The position numbers were made by a program, and so were the translations under genes. From positions 1-64,000 of the forward strand of contig JAYZAL010000011.1 in the NCBI GenBank assembly GCA_036339735.1: a DNA stretch of 64,000 nucleotides, written 5' to 3'. Position 1 is the first letter of the stretch; each line of letters begins with the position of its first letter. A model generated the notes under the pieces. The model ran no database searches. It saw nothing but the letters and a program-made list of their open reading frames with translations, and was not told where the DNA came from. The DNA is from Candidatus Poribacteria bacterium (lineage in GTDB: Bacteria > Poribacteria > WGA-4E > UBA9662). Below, piece after piece: positions 10,342 to 21,512 of this stretch.

Positions 10342-11329
10342 TTCAATTTTCGGACACCAACAAATACAAAGCCAACTTTACAACGCAATTGAAACAGGTA
10401 GAGTTGCAGGAGCATATTTATTCGTTGGTATGGAGGGGTTAGGAAAAGAGAAAGTGGCTCTGGATTTTGCTCAATCGATTAATTGCCTTGACTATCAGCA
10501 TAATAGCAATCAGGAAGAAGGGGGGGCTTGCCAACAGTGCCTTTCCTGCAAAAAAACAAGAGCAGGCAATCACCCTGATTTTGCGATTATTAGACCGGAT
10601 GGTAATCATCTTAAAATAGACCAAATCCGTTCTATCCAAAGCCAAATCGTATTTCGCCCCCTTGAAGGAAAACGGAAAATTTATCTATTGACAGAAGTTG
10701 AAAAGATGAATTTAGAGGCTGCTAATTGCCTGCTGAAAACATTGGAAGAACCACCCGCAGAGTCAACACTGATTTTAGTTGCAAATAACATGGACGCTCT
10801 GTTGCCAACTATTCGCTCCCGGTGCCAAATCTTATCTTTTCAACCAATGGAAGTCAGCGATTTAGCGAAAATCCTAGTTGATCAGTTTGATCTTGATCTA
10901 GGTAAGGCAACGGCAGTTTCTGTGCGAACGCAAGGTGCAATAGGCAAAGCTTTTTCTATTTGTCAAACGGAAGAAACTGTCGAGGTGGATCAGGTTCCGG
11001 AAATTCTCACTACTCTTGATCGTTTATCTGCTTTCAGAATTGCTGAGTACATAAGTGAAACCCCAGAAATACTAGACCAGCTTTTGACATGGTATAGAGA
11101 TTTGTTACTCATCCACCAACAAGTCAATCCCCAACTGCTCACACACCAGCAAAATTTGTCACAACTAAAACAAATCGCCAGGAATTATTCTCGAATCCAT
11201 TTGCAGAAAGCAATTGAAATTATTTTAGAGACCAAAAATCGAATTAATCGTAATGTCAATACTAATTTAGCTGTTGAAGTTATGGTATTCAATATACTAC
11301 CACGGCCTAATGTCACAAATAACCCATAA
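10331..11329 (+). CDS. holB: DNA polymerase III subunit delta'
   Basis: AYLFVG..GK, zinc cysteines, [25 protein letters not shown]; follows tmk. Confidence 0.95.
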   Translation: MTSDSIFGHQQIQSQLYNAIETGRVAGAYLFVGMEGLGKEKVALDFAQSINCLDYQHNSNQEEGGACQQCLSCKKTRAGNHPDFAIIRPDGNHLKIDQIRSIQSQIVFRPLEGKRKIYLLTEVEKMNLEAANCLLKTLEEPPAESTLILVANNMDALLPTIRSRCQILSFQPMEVSDLAKILVDQFDLDLGKATAVSVRTQGAIGKAFSICQTEETVEVDQVPEILTTLDRLSAFRIAEYISETPEILDQLLTWYRDLLLIHQQVNPQLLTHQQNLSQLKQIARNYSRIHLQKAIEIILETKNRINRNVNTNLAVEVMVFNILPRPNVTNNP

Positions 11330-13169
11330 ATTGACCCAATTGCCCTCTAAGACTGGTGTCTATTTAATGAAGGGTGCTGAGAATGTTGTACTTTATGTTG
11401 GTAAAGCTAACTCCTTAAGGGATCGTGTAAGATCGTATTTCACAGGTTCTAAACCTCACGCCCTGACCGGTTTGATGATACCATATGTCAGGGACATCGA
11501 TTTTTTTATTACTAGTAATGAAGTTGAAGCTTTAATACTAGAAAATAACCTAATTAAAAAATACCAGCCGCTATACAATATTCGTTTGAAAGATGACAAA
11601 GGTTACCCATACCTACGAGTAACTACTAACTCGCCTTTCCCAGCTTTAAAAGTTGTGAATCGAATTTCTGAGGATGGTGCTCATTATCTAGGTCCTTTCG
11701 TGAAATCGCACGCCCTCCGAAAAACTGTCAAAGATTTAACCAAGATTTTTCCCGTTCGTACTTGTGATTTGGACCTGAAACCATCTGGTAATAATCATCG
11801 AGTCTGCCTAGATTATCATATCGGTAGATGTGGTGGGCCTTGCGCAGATTTGGTAATGCCGGAAGAGTATGAAAAGGTCGTCAAAAATATGATGCGATTT
11901 TTCAATGGAAATACTACTTCTGTCATAAAAAGCCTAGTTCAAAAAATGGAGACTGCCGTAGCACATCTTGATTTTGAGAATGCAGCCAAATATCGAGACC
12001 AAATCACAACTATTCAACAGGCCATTAACCCACAAAACGTTGAAGATCCAATGGCAGAAGATGAAGACATTCTCGGAATCGCCCGATCTGGCAGACAAAT
12101 GTGTGTGATACTAATGCTTGTGAGGAACGGTTCATTAGTAGATAGAGAAACATATTTTCTTTCTAATATTATTACTCAATCAGACACTTGGTTATCTGAA
12201 TCTCTTACAGCATTTATTCAGCAGCACTATTCTGAGGCCGCATTTATCCCTAAATTCATTATCTTACCAACTGAAATTGACTCATTTGATACAATCCAAG
12301 AGTGGTTAACCGTAAGGCGTAATCAATTGACCGAGGGCAAATTGACAAGCAAAGTGAAATTACAAGTACCAAAACGAGGACGAAAACAACAACTCATAAG
12401 CCTAGCTCAGAAAAATGCCCAGCTAATTTTAGAAAAAAAAGATGCTACAGTAGTTGATGGACAATCCAGATTATCAGACAAAATAGATCTGTTAGAAGAC
12501 CTCCAAGAACTACTGAATCTGCCAAAAACCCCCAAACGGATTGAGGGATTCGATATTTCCAACTTAGGTGATCAATTACCCGTAGCCTCGATGGTAGTAG
12601 CGGTCGAAGGCCAGCCCAAATACTCGGAATACCGCCGGTTTCGGATTAAAACAGTTAAAGGTCAAAATGATGTAAAAATGATGAAAGAAGTCATTCGACG
12701 GAGGTTTAATAAATCATTTCGAGGTCATAATCTCCCCGATTTGATACTGATTGATGGCGGTAAAGGTCAACTTAATGCGGCATGTCAAGTTCTCAATGAG
12801 CTCGAATTGGCGGACCTACCAATCATTGGTTTAGCAAAGAAAAACGAACATATCTTTATTCCAAATCGATCAATGCCTATAGTATTAAGGCATAATAATC
12901 CTACGTTGCATCTCATACAACGCTTGCGGAATGAAGCACATCGTTTTGCTCTCAATTATCATCGAAAACTGAGACGATTAGCTTTAAAAAAATCGATTTT
13001 AACCCAAATCCCATTGGTGGGTGAAAAAAGGAAACAAGCTCTACTTTCCCACTTTGGATCAATTGAACAAATTCAAAAAGCGAGTATTAATGATCTACTT
13101 AGCATCAGCCAAATTGACCTGAAAGTGGCAGAAAATATATATCATTATTTCCACGAGTCAGGAACATAA
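11310..13169 (+). CDS. uvrC: Excinuclease ABC subunit C (start moved to MSQITHK)
   Basis: GIY-YIG GVYLM..YVGKA..LRDRV, UVR motif, EGFDISN, LIDGGKGQL, RNEAHRFA, C-terminal HhH. Confidence 0.97.
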   Translation: MSQITHKLTQLPSKTGVYLMKGAENVVLYVGKANSLRDRVRSYFTGSKPHALTGLMIPYVRDIDFFITSNEVEALILENNLIKKYQPLYNIRLKDDKGYPYLRVTTNSPFPALKVVNRISEDGAHYLGPFVKSHALRKTVKDLTKIFPVRTCDLDLKPSGNNHRVCLDYHIGRCGGPCADLVMPEEYEKVVKNMMRFFNGNTTSVIKSLVQKMETAVAHLDFENAAKYRDQITTIQQAINPQNVEDPMAEDEDILGIARSGRQMCVILMLVRNGSLVDRETYFLSNIITQSDTWLSESLTAFIQQHYSEAAFIPKFIILPTEIDSFDTIQEWLTVRRNQLTEGKLTSKVKLQVPKRGRKQQLISLAQKNAQLILEKKDATVVDGQSRLSDKIDLLEDLQELLNLPKTPKRIEGFDISNLGDQLPVASMVVAVEGQPKYSEYRRFRIKTVKGQNDVKMMKEVIRRRFNKSFRGHNLPDLILIDGGKGQLNAACQVLNELELADLPIIGLAKKNEHIFIPNRSMPIVLRHNNPTLHLIQRLRNEAHRFALNYHRKLRRLALKKSILTQIPLVGEKRKQALLSHFGSIEQIQKASINDLLSISQIDLKVAENIYHYFHESGT

Positions 13170-13227
13170 AGTGGCTGACGATTTTTTGCTATCAGTAGAT
13201 ATTAGGAAAAGATAAGTAAGGAATTTT

Positions 13228-14196
13228 ATGAAAGTATTAATTGGGCCTAACGGAGATATGGGTTTAGAAAGCTCTATTCCAGAATTATCAGATCAATTTT
13301 CAGACGTCGAGTTTCTGGTTTCCACTAGTTATGTTGAAGCCGCACAACAAGTTATTGATGTTGATATTATGGTAGGTTGGATAAACCAAGAAATACTTGA
13401 AGCCGCCAAAAATCTAAAATGGATACAATCAATTAGTTCTGGAACAAATTACTATTTGGATATTCCCGGATTAGTGGATAGCGATATCTTACTTACTAGT
13501 GCTAGTGGTACGCATGGTGCTTGCCTAGCGGAAAGTGCAATGGGAATGATTTTTGCCTTTACTCGTGGTATTCGAAAGTGTATTCAAAGCCAAAATACCA
13601 GGCAGTGGAGCGAGCATCGATATATTCGAAGCAACATGAGAGAATTAACTGGAAGTACAATGGGGATAATCGGTTTCGGTGCTTCAGGTCGTGCATTGGC
13701 GAGACGAGCCTTCGCATTCGATATGAGGATCGTAGCTGTCGATATGTTTCCTAGTGATAAGCCGGAATATGTTGATCATCTGTGGGGGATTGATCAACTC
13801 AGCGACCTTCTTCAAACTTCTGACTACGTAGTGATTATGGTCCCTTACACTGATCAAACAAAAGCCATGATTGGCACAGAAGAGTTAGCTGAAATGAAAA
13901 CTTCTGCTATGTTAGTCATAATGTCCCGTGGGGGAATTGTTGATCAAGATGCTCTTTCCAAAGCTTTGAAAGATGGTCATTTATTTGCTGCAGCTTCGGA
14001 TGTTTTCAGCCCAGAACCATTATCAACTAGCAGCGATTTGTGGGATCTTGAAAATATGTTAATTACCCCACATATAGCTGGTGGAACCCAACTTGAAGGT
14101 CAATACGTTACCCAAATTTTTTTCGAAAATCTAAAACGGTTTGTCCGAGGTGATTATGAGCTTAAAAACCTAGTTCACAAAAAACGGGGTTTTTAG
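13228..14196 (+). CDS. D-2-hydroxyacid dehydrogenase family protein
   Basis: GIIGFGASG, SRGGIVD, DVFSPEPL, ITPHIAG. Confidence 0.92.
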   Translation: MKVLIGPNGDMGLESSIPELSDQFSDVEFLVSTSYVEAAQQVIDVDIMVGWINQEILEAAKNLKWIQSISSGTNYYLDIPGLVDSDILLTSASGTHGACLAESAMGMIFAFTRGIRKCIQSQNTRQWSEHRYIRSNMRELTGSTMGIIGFGASGRALARRAFAFDMRIVAVDMFPSDKPEYVDHLWGIDQLSDLLQTSDYVVIMVPYTDQTKAMIGTEELAEMKTSAMLVIMSRGGIVDQDALSKALKDGHLFAAASDVFSPEPLSTSSDLWDLENMLITPHIAGGTQLEGQYVTQIFFENLKRFVRGDYELKNLVHKKRGF

Positions 14197-14229
14197 TGGT
14201 AACGCAGTCTCTTACACGATATAGCAATC

Positions 14230-14601
14230 ATGGGAACTAATGAAATTGCCAATTCTTCCTTCCCTACCATGAAGTCGGGAGATTGGGTATATCAACTCCC
14301 ACGATATCTACGATCAATTTTGCAAAATACCGAGCTGGGAGATGGCGAGCACTCGAGCGCAGATTTTATCGAAAAAATTCAAGAGGTCAATTACGTATTT
14401 GCACATGAAGAAGACTTCCCTTTGCTGTTTGAAGTCGGTAAATTATTGCTCATCGAGTTTGCCAAAATGTCGGAGTCAGTTATAAGTCTATCTAATCTTA
14501 AGGAGCCCGTCAATCCTCCGCAAGGTTCTGTGATAAGGGACAAAGAAGACATTGACCTAGTTGAGAGAGCCTTGCCGCAGCCTATGATAGAGAATGATTA
14601 A
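14230..14601 (+). CDS. Hypothetical protein
   Basis: 123-aa ORF filling the operon; TAA overlaps next ATG; no recognisable motif. Confidence 0.6.
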   Translation: MGTNEIANSSFPTMKSGDWVYQLPRYLRSILQNTELGDGEHSSADFIEKIQEVNYVFAHEEDFPLLFEVGKLLLIEFAKMSESVISLSNLKEPVNPPQGSVIRDKEDIDLVERALPQPMIEND

Positions 14602-16415
14602 TGGCTTTTCTATGGCCTTTCAATACATTACTGTTTCCTCGACTCTCATTTCTATTTTTCCGATTTGGGGTTATCTGTTTTTTTGCAAATCCTATCCTTT
14701 GGTCGAGTCCAACAGTTAGTTCTACCGAAAGAACACAAACCTCGATCAGTTTGAAGGCTTGGGTATTCTTTTCGGATAAGGGGATAGATAATCAAAGTCT
14801 GAGTCCTGTCAAATTCCTTGATGAGCCAATCCTATCATTCTATCTATCAACCATCAAAGATCAGGGCGCTAAAATTTACCACCAAAGTCGATGGTTAAAT
14901 GCCGTTTCTGCAAACATCCCATCTGAGAGTCACCAATCAATTTTATCTTTACCTTTTGTAAAATCAATTGAACCGGTTCGAAGTTACAGAAATATAGTTG
15001 AAACACCAGTATGGCTGAATCAAAAGCACAATATCTTTTCTGCTCCTAGCAAGGGAGAAAAAGAGAATTCAATTGAATATGGTTTGGCAAAAAAACAGGT
15101 CGAACACCTGCAAGCTGACTTTTTACACAAAAAAGGATATTGGGGTAAAACAGTCGTAATTGGCATACTAGATACTGGTTTTGATCTAAGCCACCAATCA
15201 CTAAATAAAATTGAGGTACTAGACCAATGGGATTTTGTTAATAATGATCCTATAACCAAGGACGAACCAGATCAGGATGATGTTGGTCAATCTGATCATG
15301 GGTCAATTATTTTGGGTGTTTTGGCAGCTAACACACCGCGGCAATTGGTTGGTCTAGCTCCTCAGGCAAAATACTTGTTAGCTAAAACTGAAAAAAATTG
15401 GCATAAGGGTATTGACTTTGAACGTCAGATTGAGGAGGATTGGTGGATCGCCGGGCTTGAATGGTTAGAGCAAAAAGGTGCCCAAGTAGTTAATAGCTCG
15501 CTTGGTTACGCTAATTGGTATAGCTTTTCAGATCTCGACGGTAAAACATCTAAAGTTACCATAGCAGCTAATATAGCATTAGAAAAAGGAGTACTTGTTA
15601 TCAGTGCTAGTGGAAATTTGGGGGCGAAATTACCCGAGGATCAAAGACTTGGCCTGAAAGGTCGTGTCACAGTCCCAGCAGATGGATTTGATGTTTTAGC
15701 CGTTGGCTCTATCAATCGTTGGGGAAAACGTTCTGTTTTCAGTTCGCCGGGTCCTACAGCGGATGGTAGAATTAAACCTGACTTGGTAGCTTTGGGTGAG
15801 GGAATTGCTAGCATCCGGCCACGTAGTCAATTTGGTTTTGCTACTAATCATCGTGGTACATCGCTTTCGGCACCTTTAATTTCTGGGGTGGCTGCCCTGT
15901 TGATTCAGGCTTTTCCAAGAGTTGCAGCTACTGATCTAGTATCCATACTTCGTAATACGGCAAGTAATTCAGCTCAACCTAATAACGAAGTTGGTTATGG
16001 TATAGTTCGTGCCGAATTGGCTCATCAGTCGCTACTAGATAAATTTCTTCATGTGGGCCAACCAGAACCGATTCCCGTTGATGAAAAAAAATTTCTAAAG
16101 ACTCTATTTGGTCGAATCAAATCACCATTAATTAGGCCAAATTATCCCAATCCCTTCAATGCCGAAACATGGATTCCGTTTTCCTTACCTACTAATGGAA
16201 ATGTCCAAATTAGCATCTATGATTTTGCGGGCTATTTAGTCCAAAAACTGCGAGTTGGTGAATGTGCTGCTGGAGATTACCTAGATACGAATCAAGCCGT
16301 TTACTGGGATGGTCGCGATAAATCAGGTCAGGCTATTACTAGTGGTAATTACTTCGCAGTACTTTCAGTCGATGGTAAAATTTACCCAGCAATGAAAATG
16401 ACTCTTCAAGAGTAA
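14601..16415 (+). CDS. Secreted subtilisin-like (S8) serine peptidase with C-terminal FlgD/sorting-like domain
   Basis: Triad ILDTG / DHGS / GTSLSAP; GPTADGRIKPDL; C-terminal NYPNPFNAETWIP..WDGRD. Confidence 0.93.
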   Translation: MAFLWPFNTLLFPRLSFLFFRFGVICFFANPILWSSPTVSSTERTQTSISLKAWVFFSDKGIDNQSLSPVKFLDEPILSFYLSTIKDQGAKIYHQSRWLNAVSANIPSESHQSILSLPFVKSIEPVRSYRNIVETPVWLNQKHNIFSAPSKGEKENSIEYGLAKKQVEHLQADFLHKKGYWGKTVVIGILDTGFDLSHQSLNKIEVLDQWDFVNNDPITKDEPDQDDVGQSDHGSIILGVLAANTPRQLVGLAPQAKYLLAKTEKNWHKGIDFERQIEEDWWIAGLEWLEQKGAQVVNSSLGYANWYSFSDLDGKTSKVTIAANIALEKGVLVISASGNLGAKLPEDQRLGLKGRVTVPADGFDVLAVGSINRWGKRSVFSSPGPTADGRIKPDLVALGEGIASIRPRSQFGFATNHRGTSLSAPLISGVAALLIQAFPRVAATDLVSILRNTASNSAQPNNEVGYGIVRAELAHQSLLDKFLHVGQPEPIPVDEKKFLKTLFGRIKSPLIRPNYPNPFNAETWIPFSLPTNGNVQISIYDFAGYLVQKLRVGECAAGDYLDTNQAVYWDGRDKSGQAITSGNYFAVLSVDGKIYPAMKMTLQE

Positions 16416-16420
16416 ATTAA

Positions 16421-18205
16421 ATGGATATTCAACATATCATAAAATCGGTTAATGTGGACGCTGATGGGTTGCGTTCGGCTGTCCATCAGCTAATTCATAA
16501 GTCGGCAGTTGCGTTTAACCCGTCACATTGGAAACCAGAAGAAGCAAATAAACTTCGAAAAACCATTCTAGATCAGATTGTTTTTCGAGGTACCCCACCG
16601 GACTGGCGAACCTTCCCAACAAAGGTTGAAACGATTGATTGTATAGAAACAGATAACGGTTATCAGATCGAAAAACTGCGTCTGGAAATTTTGCCAGACT
16701 TTTGGATTCCAGCTTTACTTTACCAACCACACTTACCTAAATTACATAAACTGAGGCCAGCTGTACTTAGTGTTAATGGCCATGTTGGTCCCCTTGGTAA
16801 ATCGATAGAATTTGTTCAACGACGATGTATTAACCTTGCCAAACGGGGTATTATGACCCTGCATCTAGAGTGGTTATCCTTTGGCGAACTAACAGATCCT
16901 AACTACACACATAATCGATTAGCCTATTTAGATTTATGTGGAGTTAGTGGTTTATCTGTTTTCTATCTAGCAATGCGAGGTGGATTAGATTTTCTATGGG
17001 AACATCCATTTGTCATCAAAAAGAAAATTGCTATGACGGGTCTTTCTGGAGGGGGATGGCAAACAATTTTTTTGAGTGCCTTGGATCAGCGAATTTCAGT
17101 GGCTATACCTAATGCCGGGTACATCGATATTTCTAACCGGTTAACCCATGCTAGTGATATTGGCGATTTGGAACAGAACCCAAATGATTTACTGACCTTG
17201 GCTGATTATACTCACTTGACGGCTCTTTTATCTCCTCGGCCAGCCTTATTAATTTACAATCACCAAGATGATTGTTGTTTTGTAGCTGACCGTGCTAAGC
17301 CAGCCATTTACGACTCAGTAAAGTCGATTTACCGAACTTCAAATAACTTCGTTTTTTACAAAAACATTAGTCCTGGAACTCATAATTACGACGAAGATAA
17401 TCGTAAACAACTGTACCATTTTCTGTGTAAGCACTTTGATTTGCCAATAATTCAGGATGGTGGCCTAGAATTAGAAAGTGAGGTTTTGTCTTTTGAGGAC
17501 TTAGTTGTTGGCTTACCTGATAAAACGGCTAATTTTAAAACAATAGCTAACAAAATTATGTATCAAAAAAAATTGGAAGCAAGCCAATTGCCTCCAAAAC
17601 TGCAACATATCCTCCGTTATCAATCAACCTCAGTGAGCCGAGTCGAACTGACCCATCAGAAAGACAAGGGGGGGCAGTTAATTTTTGATAATGGCTTGCT
17701 AGCTGCTTTTTGCCAATTTAAGCCAGAAAGAGACACAAGAGATAATAATACAATAATACTAATCGCGGACCAGGGATTCACGTCAATGATTACTGAAATC
17801 GAAAATCATTTAAATATGGGCAACTCAGTCTTAGCCGTTGAATTATTTCTTACTGGTCAGGTTATACCCACTGGAATGTCGGTTTATCATACGTCCATGT
17901 TACTTTCAACTTCTGGTCTTCGGGCTTTAGGTTTTCAAGTAGCTCAATTAGTATCCATACTGGAGTGGTATCGTTATGTTTACAAATCTGAGCGACTAAT
18001 CTTAGAAAGTAAAGGGAGAGTTACAGGGATTATTGCTCAACTAGCGAAACAACTTTACTCCGGGCACTTAGAAAATAACATTGCAAAAGATCAGTTATTA
18101 AGCCTCCGAGATTTGATCGACAAAGAAATAGAATATGAACAGTGTCCGACGTTGTTTTGCTTTGATTTATTGGGGTACATGAACTCAAAATTACCCACAG
18201 GCTAA
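16421..18205 (+). CDS. Alpha/beta hydrolase, acetyl xylan esterase-like
   Basis: PAVLSVNGH, GLSGGGWQT nucleophile elbow, DDCCF, GTHNY. Confidence 0.8.
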   Translation: MDIQHIIKSVNVDADGLRSAVHQLIHKSAVAFNPSHWKPEEANKLRKTILDQIVFRGTPPDWRTFPTKVETIDCIETDNGYQIEKLRLEILPDFWIPALLYQPHLPKLHKLRPAVLSVNGHVGPLGKSIEFVQRRCINLAKRGIMTLHLEWLSFGELTDPNYTHNRLAYLDLCGVSGLSVFYLAMRGGLDFLWEHPFVIKKKIAMTGLSGGGWQTIFLSALDQRISVAIPNAGYIDISNRLTHASDIGDLEQNPNDLLTLADYTHLTALLSPRPALLIYNHQDDCCFVADRAKPAIYDSVKSIYRTSNNFVFYKNISPGTHNYDEDNRKQLYHFLCKHFDLPIIQDGGLELESEVLSFEDLVVGLPDKTANFKTIANKIMYQKKLEASQLPPKLQHILRYQSTSVSRVELTHQKDKGGQLIFDNGLLAAFCQFKPERDTRDNNTIILIADQGFTSMITEIENHLNMGNSVLAVELFLTGQVIPTGMSVYHTSMLLSTSGLRALGFQVAQLVSILEWYRYVYKSERLILESKGRVTGIIAQLAKQLYSGHLENNIAKDQLLSLRDLIDKEIEYEQCPTLFCFDLLGYMNSKLPTG

Positions 18206-18244
18206 ACAGTATATTTTAACTTCAGAAAAGCGAGGGAAACTCTA

Positions 18245-19081
18245 ATGAGACTTGGTGGACCACTCTTTGGTGAATCAACAGATGCAGATAGTTGGATCAA
18301 GTTAGTAAAGAATCATGGTTACAGTGCCGCTTATTGCCCAGTCAGTTCCTCCGCTAGTGAACGTGAAGTTCAAGAATATGTGACAGCAGCCAAAGAAAAC
18401 AATATTGTCATCGCAGAAGTAGGTGCTTGGAGTAACCCTATCAGTACTGATGTTAAGGAAAAAGAAACTGCTATTCAAAAATGCAAAGAATCCTTGGCCC
18501 ATGCTGACAGGATGAAAGCATTTTGCTGTGTTAACATTGCTGGGGCTAGGGGAGATAAATGGGATGGTCCATTTGCTGATAATCTGTTGCCTGAAACTTT
18601 CGATCTAATCGTAGAAACGACCCAAGAAATCATAGACTACGTACAACCTATCCACACATATTACACTTTGGAAATGATGCCCTGGATATTTCCTGACAGC
18701 CCAGAAAGTTACGTGCAATTAATTGAAGCCATAGATCGGTCTCGTTTTGCAGTTCATCTTGATCCTGTAAATATTGTTAATAGCCCAGCCCGCTATTTTT
18801 CGACAGGAGACCTAATTCGAAAGTGTTTTGAAATGCTTGGTCCGAAAATTAAAAGCTGCCATGGGAAAGACATTATCCTATCATCTAGCCTTACGGTCCA
18901 TCTAGATGAAACCCGGCCAGGACTAGGACAACTTGACTACGTATCCTTTCTAACAGAGTTGGATAAGCTGCCCGCGGATACCCCCCTTATGTTGGAACAT
19001 TTACCAACTGCTGAAGAATATAGGATGGCAGCCAAATACATTCGGTCGGTAGCTGAGAACAATAACATTACAATTACCTAG
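18245..19081 (+). CDS. Sugar phosphate isomerase/epimerase (xylose isomerase-like TIM barrel)
   Basis: LEMMPW, HLDPVN, CHGKD, MLEH metal ligands. Confidence 0.85.
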   Translation: MRLGGPLFGESTDADSWIKLVKNHGYSAAYCPVSSSASEREVQEYVTAAKENNIVIAEVGAWSNPISTDVKEKETAIQKCKESLAHADRMKAFCCVNIAGARGDKWDGPFADNLLPETFDLIVETTQEIIDYVQPIHTYYTLEMMPWIFPDSPESYVQLIEAIDRSRFAVHLDPVNIVNSPARYFSTGDLIRKCFEMLGPKIKSCHGKDIILSSSLTVHLDETRPGLGQLDYVSFLTELDKLPADTPLMLEHLPTAEEYRMAAKYIRSVAENNNITIT

Positions 19082-19742
19082 TCACTCGTTCAACTTCAGC
19101 CATTAGGCCTCTTACCTTTTCTCTATCTCTTTTACCTCTGGACATTTCTACCCCGGAGCATAAATCTATGCCGCTAGGTTGCACGACTCGGATAGCCTCC
19201 GCTACATTCTGTTGATTGAGACCGCCGGATAGAAAAACTGGCAACGGACAGTTTTTTGTAATCTCTGCCGCAACCTCCCAGTCCGCTGTCTTTCCAGTAC
19301 CACCAAACCGATTTTGGCTTAAATCAACAGTATCCAATAAGATCGAGTTAGCTCCAGCATCTACGTAACTTATTGCCTGTCCTGTCAATTCAGCAGCATT
19401 AGTAGTCTTACCGACTGGCATGAACAAAGATTTCCATATCTCAACCTCAGTATTTTTTTTCAACTCATTTACTTGGGCCGGGGATTCGTAGCCTAAAAGT
19501 TGAACGGCAAATGGGGAAATCCTGTCAACTGCAGATAAAATCCAATCTGTTGTTTGGTCAAAAAATAACACTACAGTTGGGATCAAGGTTTGCTGACGTA
19601 ATTGTTTTGCTTGATCTACTGTTATAGAACGTTCTGAAAAAGAGACCTCAACTACAAGCCCAGAGTAGTGGGCTCCATAGTCAACAGCCATTTGCGCATC
19701 ATCTACTGTAGTTGTACCACAGAGTTTGACAAGATAGGTCAC
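19074..19742 (-). CDS. trpF: Phosphoribosylanthranilate isomerase
   Basis: VKLCG, LLDT..FGGTGKTADW, FLSGGLN, IDLCSGVE. Confidence 0.9.
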   Translation of the reverse strand: MTYLVKLCGTTTVDDAQMAVDYGAHYSGLVVEVSFSERSITVDQAKQLRQQTLIPTVVLFFDQTTDWILSAVDRISPFAVQLLGYESPAQVNELKKNTEVEIWKSLFMPVGKTTNAAELTGQAISYVDAGANSILLDTVDLSQNRFGGTGKTADWEVAAEITKNCPLPVFLSGGLNQQNVAEAIRVVQPSGIDLCSGVEMSRGKRDREKVRGLMAEVERVTR

Positions 19743-19767
19743 CTACTGAAATTCCTCCAATAATTAT

Positions 19768-21006
19768 TTACCAAATTAGCAAGCCAACGATAGTTCCTGT
19801 CATGTTAGCTGCAAGAAAACCTGCAATCATCGAGCGAAGACCAATTTTTGCTAAGTCAACTCTTCGTTCCGGTGCAATTCCCCCAATTCCACCAATCTGT
19901 ATCGCAACCGAAGCAAAGTTAGAAAAACCACACAGTGCATAAGAAAGAATAATTATGCTTCGTTCCGAAAAAATATCATTAGGTATCTGTTGTGCAAAGT
20001 TTTTATAGGCGATCAATTCGGTCAGTACAATCTTTTCACCTAACAGCGCACCTGCAGATAGGGCTTCTGAGTATGGAATTCCCATTAGGATGGCAAATGG
20101 AGCAAAAAGGTAGCCAAAAATTTGCTCAAGACTGAGATCAACGATCGAAAGAATCCCATTGACAAGAGCGACTAGAGCTACAAAAGCAACTAACATAGCA
20201 GCAACATTAAGTGCTAGGTACATTCCTTCTGTTGCTCCTCGGCTTGCCGCTTCTATTAAGTTAGAATCAGTCCGCTCAATTGTAATTTGTTTTGTGTTTG
20301 CAGTAACAGGCGTTTCTGTTTCAGGAATCATGATTTTTGAAATTGCTAAAGCAGCCGGAGCACTCATCACGCTAGCTGCCAATAAATGGCCAGCAATATT
20401 GGGAACCTGATCGGATAGCATTCGAATATAAATCGCCATCACTCCCCCCGCAATAGTCGCAAACCCTCCCGTCATCACCGCCATTAATTCGCTCTGAGTC
20501 AAATCTTTGACAAATGGTTTGATGATAAGTGGCGCTTCTATCTGCCCTACAAAAATATTGGCTGATGTACAAAGTGTTTCGGCCGCCGATGTTTGCATAG
20601 TTTTCCGCATCAACTTCGCAAAGATAGAAGTGATCAGACCCATTAGGCCAATATGATACAGAATAGACATGAAAGCAGAGAAAAAAATTATTGTAGGTAG
20701 AACCCGGAAGGCAATGTTTAACATCGGTGCCTCAACCGAATCCGTCACGAAGGAGGCAAAAATAAAATCAGCCCCCTTATCAGAATACGCTAGGAGCTTA
20801 GTAAAAAAATCATCAAACAAACGAAAAAATACTTCACCAAATCTGAAATTACCTACTCGACCGTATAAAATACAAATAGCAAAAGTAACCTGTAAGCCAA
20901 TTCCCCAAAATACTGGACGCCAATTGATCGATCGTCTGTTAGAACTCATCAGGTAAGCACAAGCTAATGGGAAAAAAACACCTACTAAACCAAAAAATTG
21001 TTCCAT
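19768..21006 (-). CDS. nupC: Concentrative nucleoside transporter (CNT/NupC family)
   Basis: LPTIIFFS, NIFVGQIEAPL, GFATIAGG, GEKIVLTE, LCGFSNF. Confidence 0.93.
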   Translation of the reverse strand: MEQFFGLVGVFFPLACAYLMSSNRRSINWRPVFWGIGLQVTFAICILYGRVGNFRFGEVFFRLFDDFFTKLLAYSDKGADFIFASFVTDSVEAPMLNIAFRVLPTIIFFSAFMSILYHIGLMGLITSIFAKLMRKTMQTSAAETLCTSANIFVGQIEAPLIIKPFVKDLTQSELMAVMTGGFATIAGGVMAIYIRMLSDQVPNIAGHLLAASVMSAPAALAISKIMIPETETPVTANTKQITIERTDSNLIEAASRGATEGMYLALNVAAMLVAFVALVALVNGILSIVDLSLEQIFGYLFAPFAILMGIPYSEALSAGALLGEKIVLTELIAYKNFAQQIPNDIFSERSIIILSYALCGFSNFASVAIQIGGIGGIAPERRVDLAKIGLRSMIAGFLAANMTGTIVGLLIW

Positions 21007-21512
21007 TCTGTTACGTATTTTTTTGTAAGTTAGTTTTCATAAAGTCAAAAAGCGAAAGCTCATTATTCTCGCTGGTCTACAGGAGGCTTTTTCCATAATC
21101 TGACTTTTAGATTTCTATGATTAGCATCGATCACAGAGAAAAACCAGTTTTACGCTAGCAATATCCCTCAGAATTATCACACAATGTAATTTTTTTTTCA
21201 AAGTTTGCTAGGAAAATTACCCCAAAAAATTCAATAATAACCTAGGAACCATAAATATTAGGACTTTAGATAAAAGATTAATAACACTACCCAACAGTAT
21301 GACCACAACTACTGTCGATTCTAACTAACAAATAGAACAATTGTGTATCTGTTATTCAAATGATAGAATTACCCTAGTTGTCGTTGCAATCTTTGCTTAA
21401 CTTTCTGACCGGAGAATATAATTCGATAGTTCTATGTCAACTAGTTGACATGCCTGACCAGAAAGCCACTGATAACCTAAATTCTTCCAATTTATAAAAG
21501 GAGCCTCGTAAT

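Noticed and set aside
21007-21430. Purine riboswitch upstream of nupC
   Set aside because: No purine-aptamer core (TATAAT..GATATGG..GTTTCTACC..CCGTAAA) found on the minus strand.
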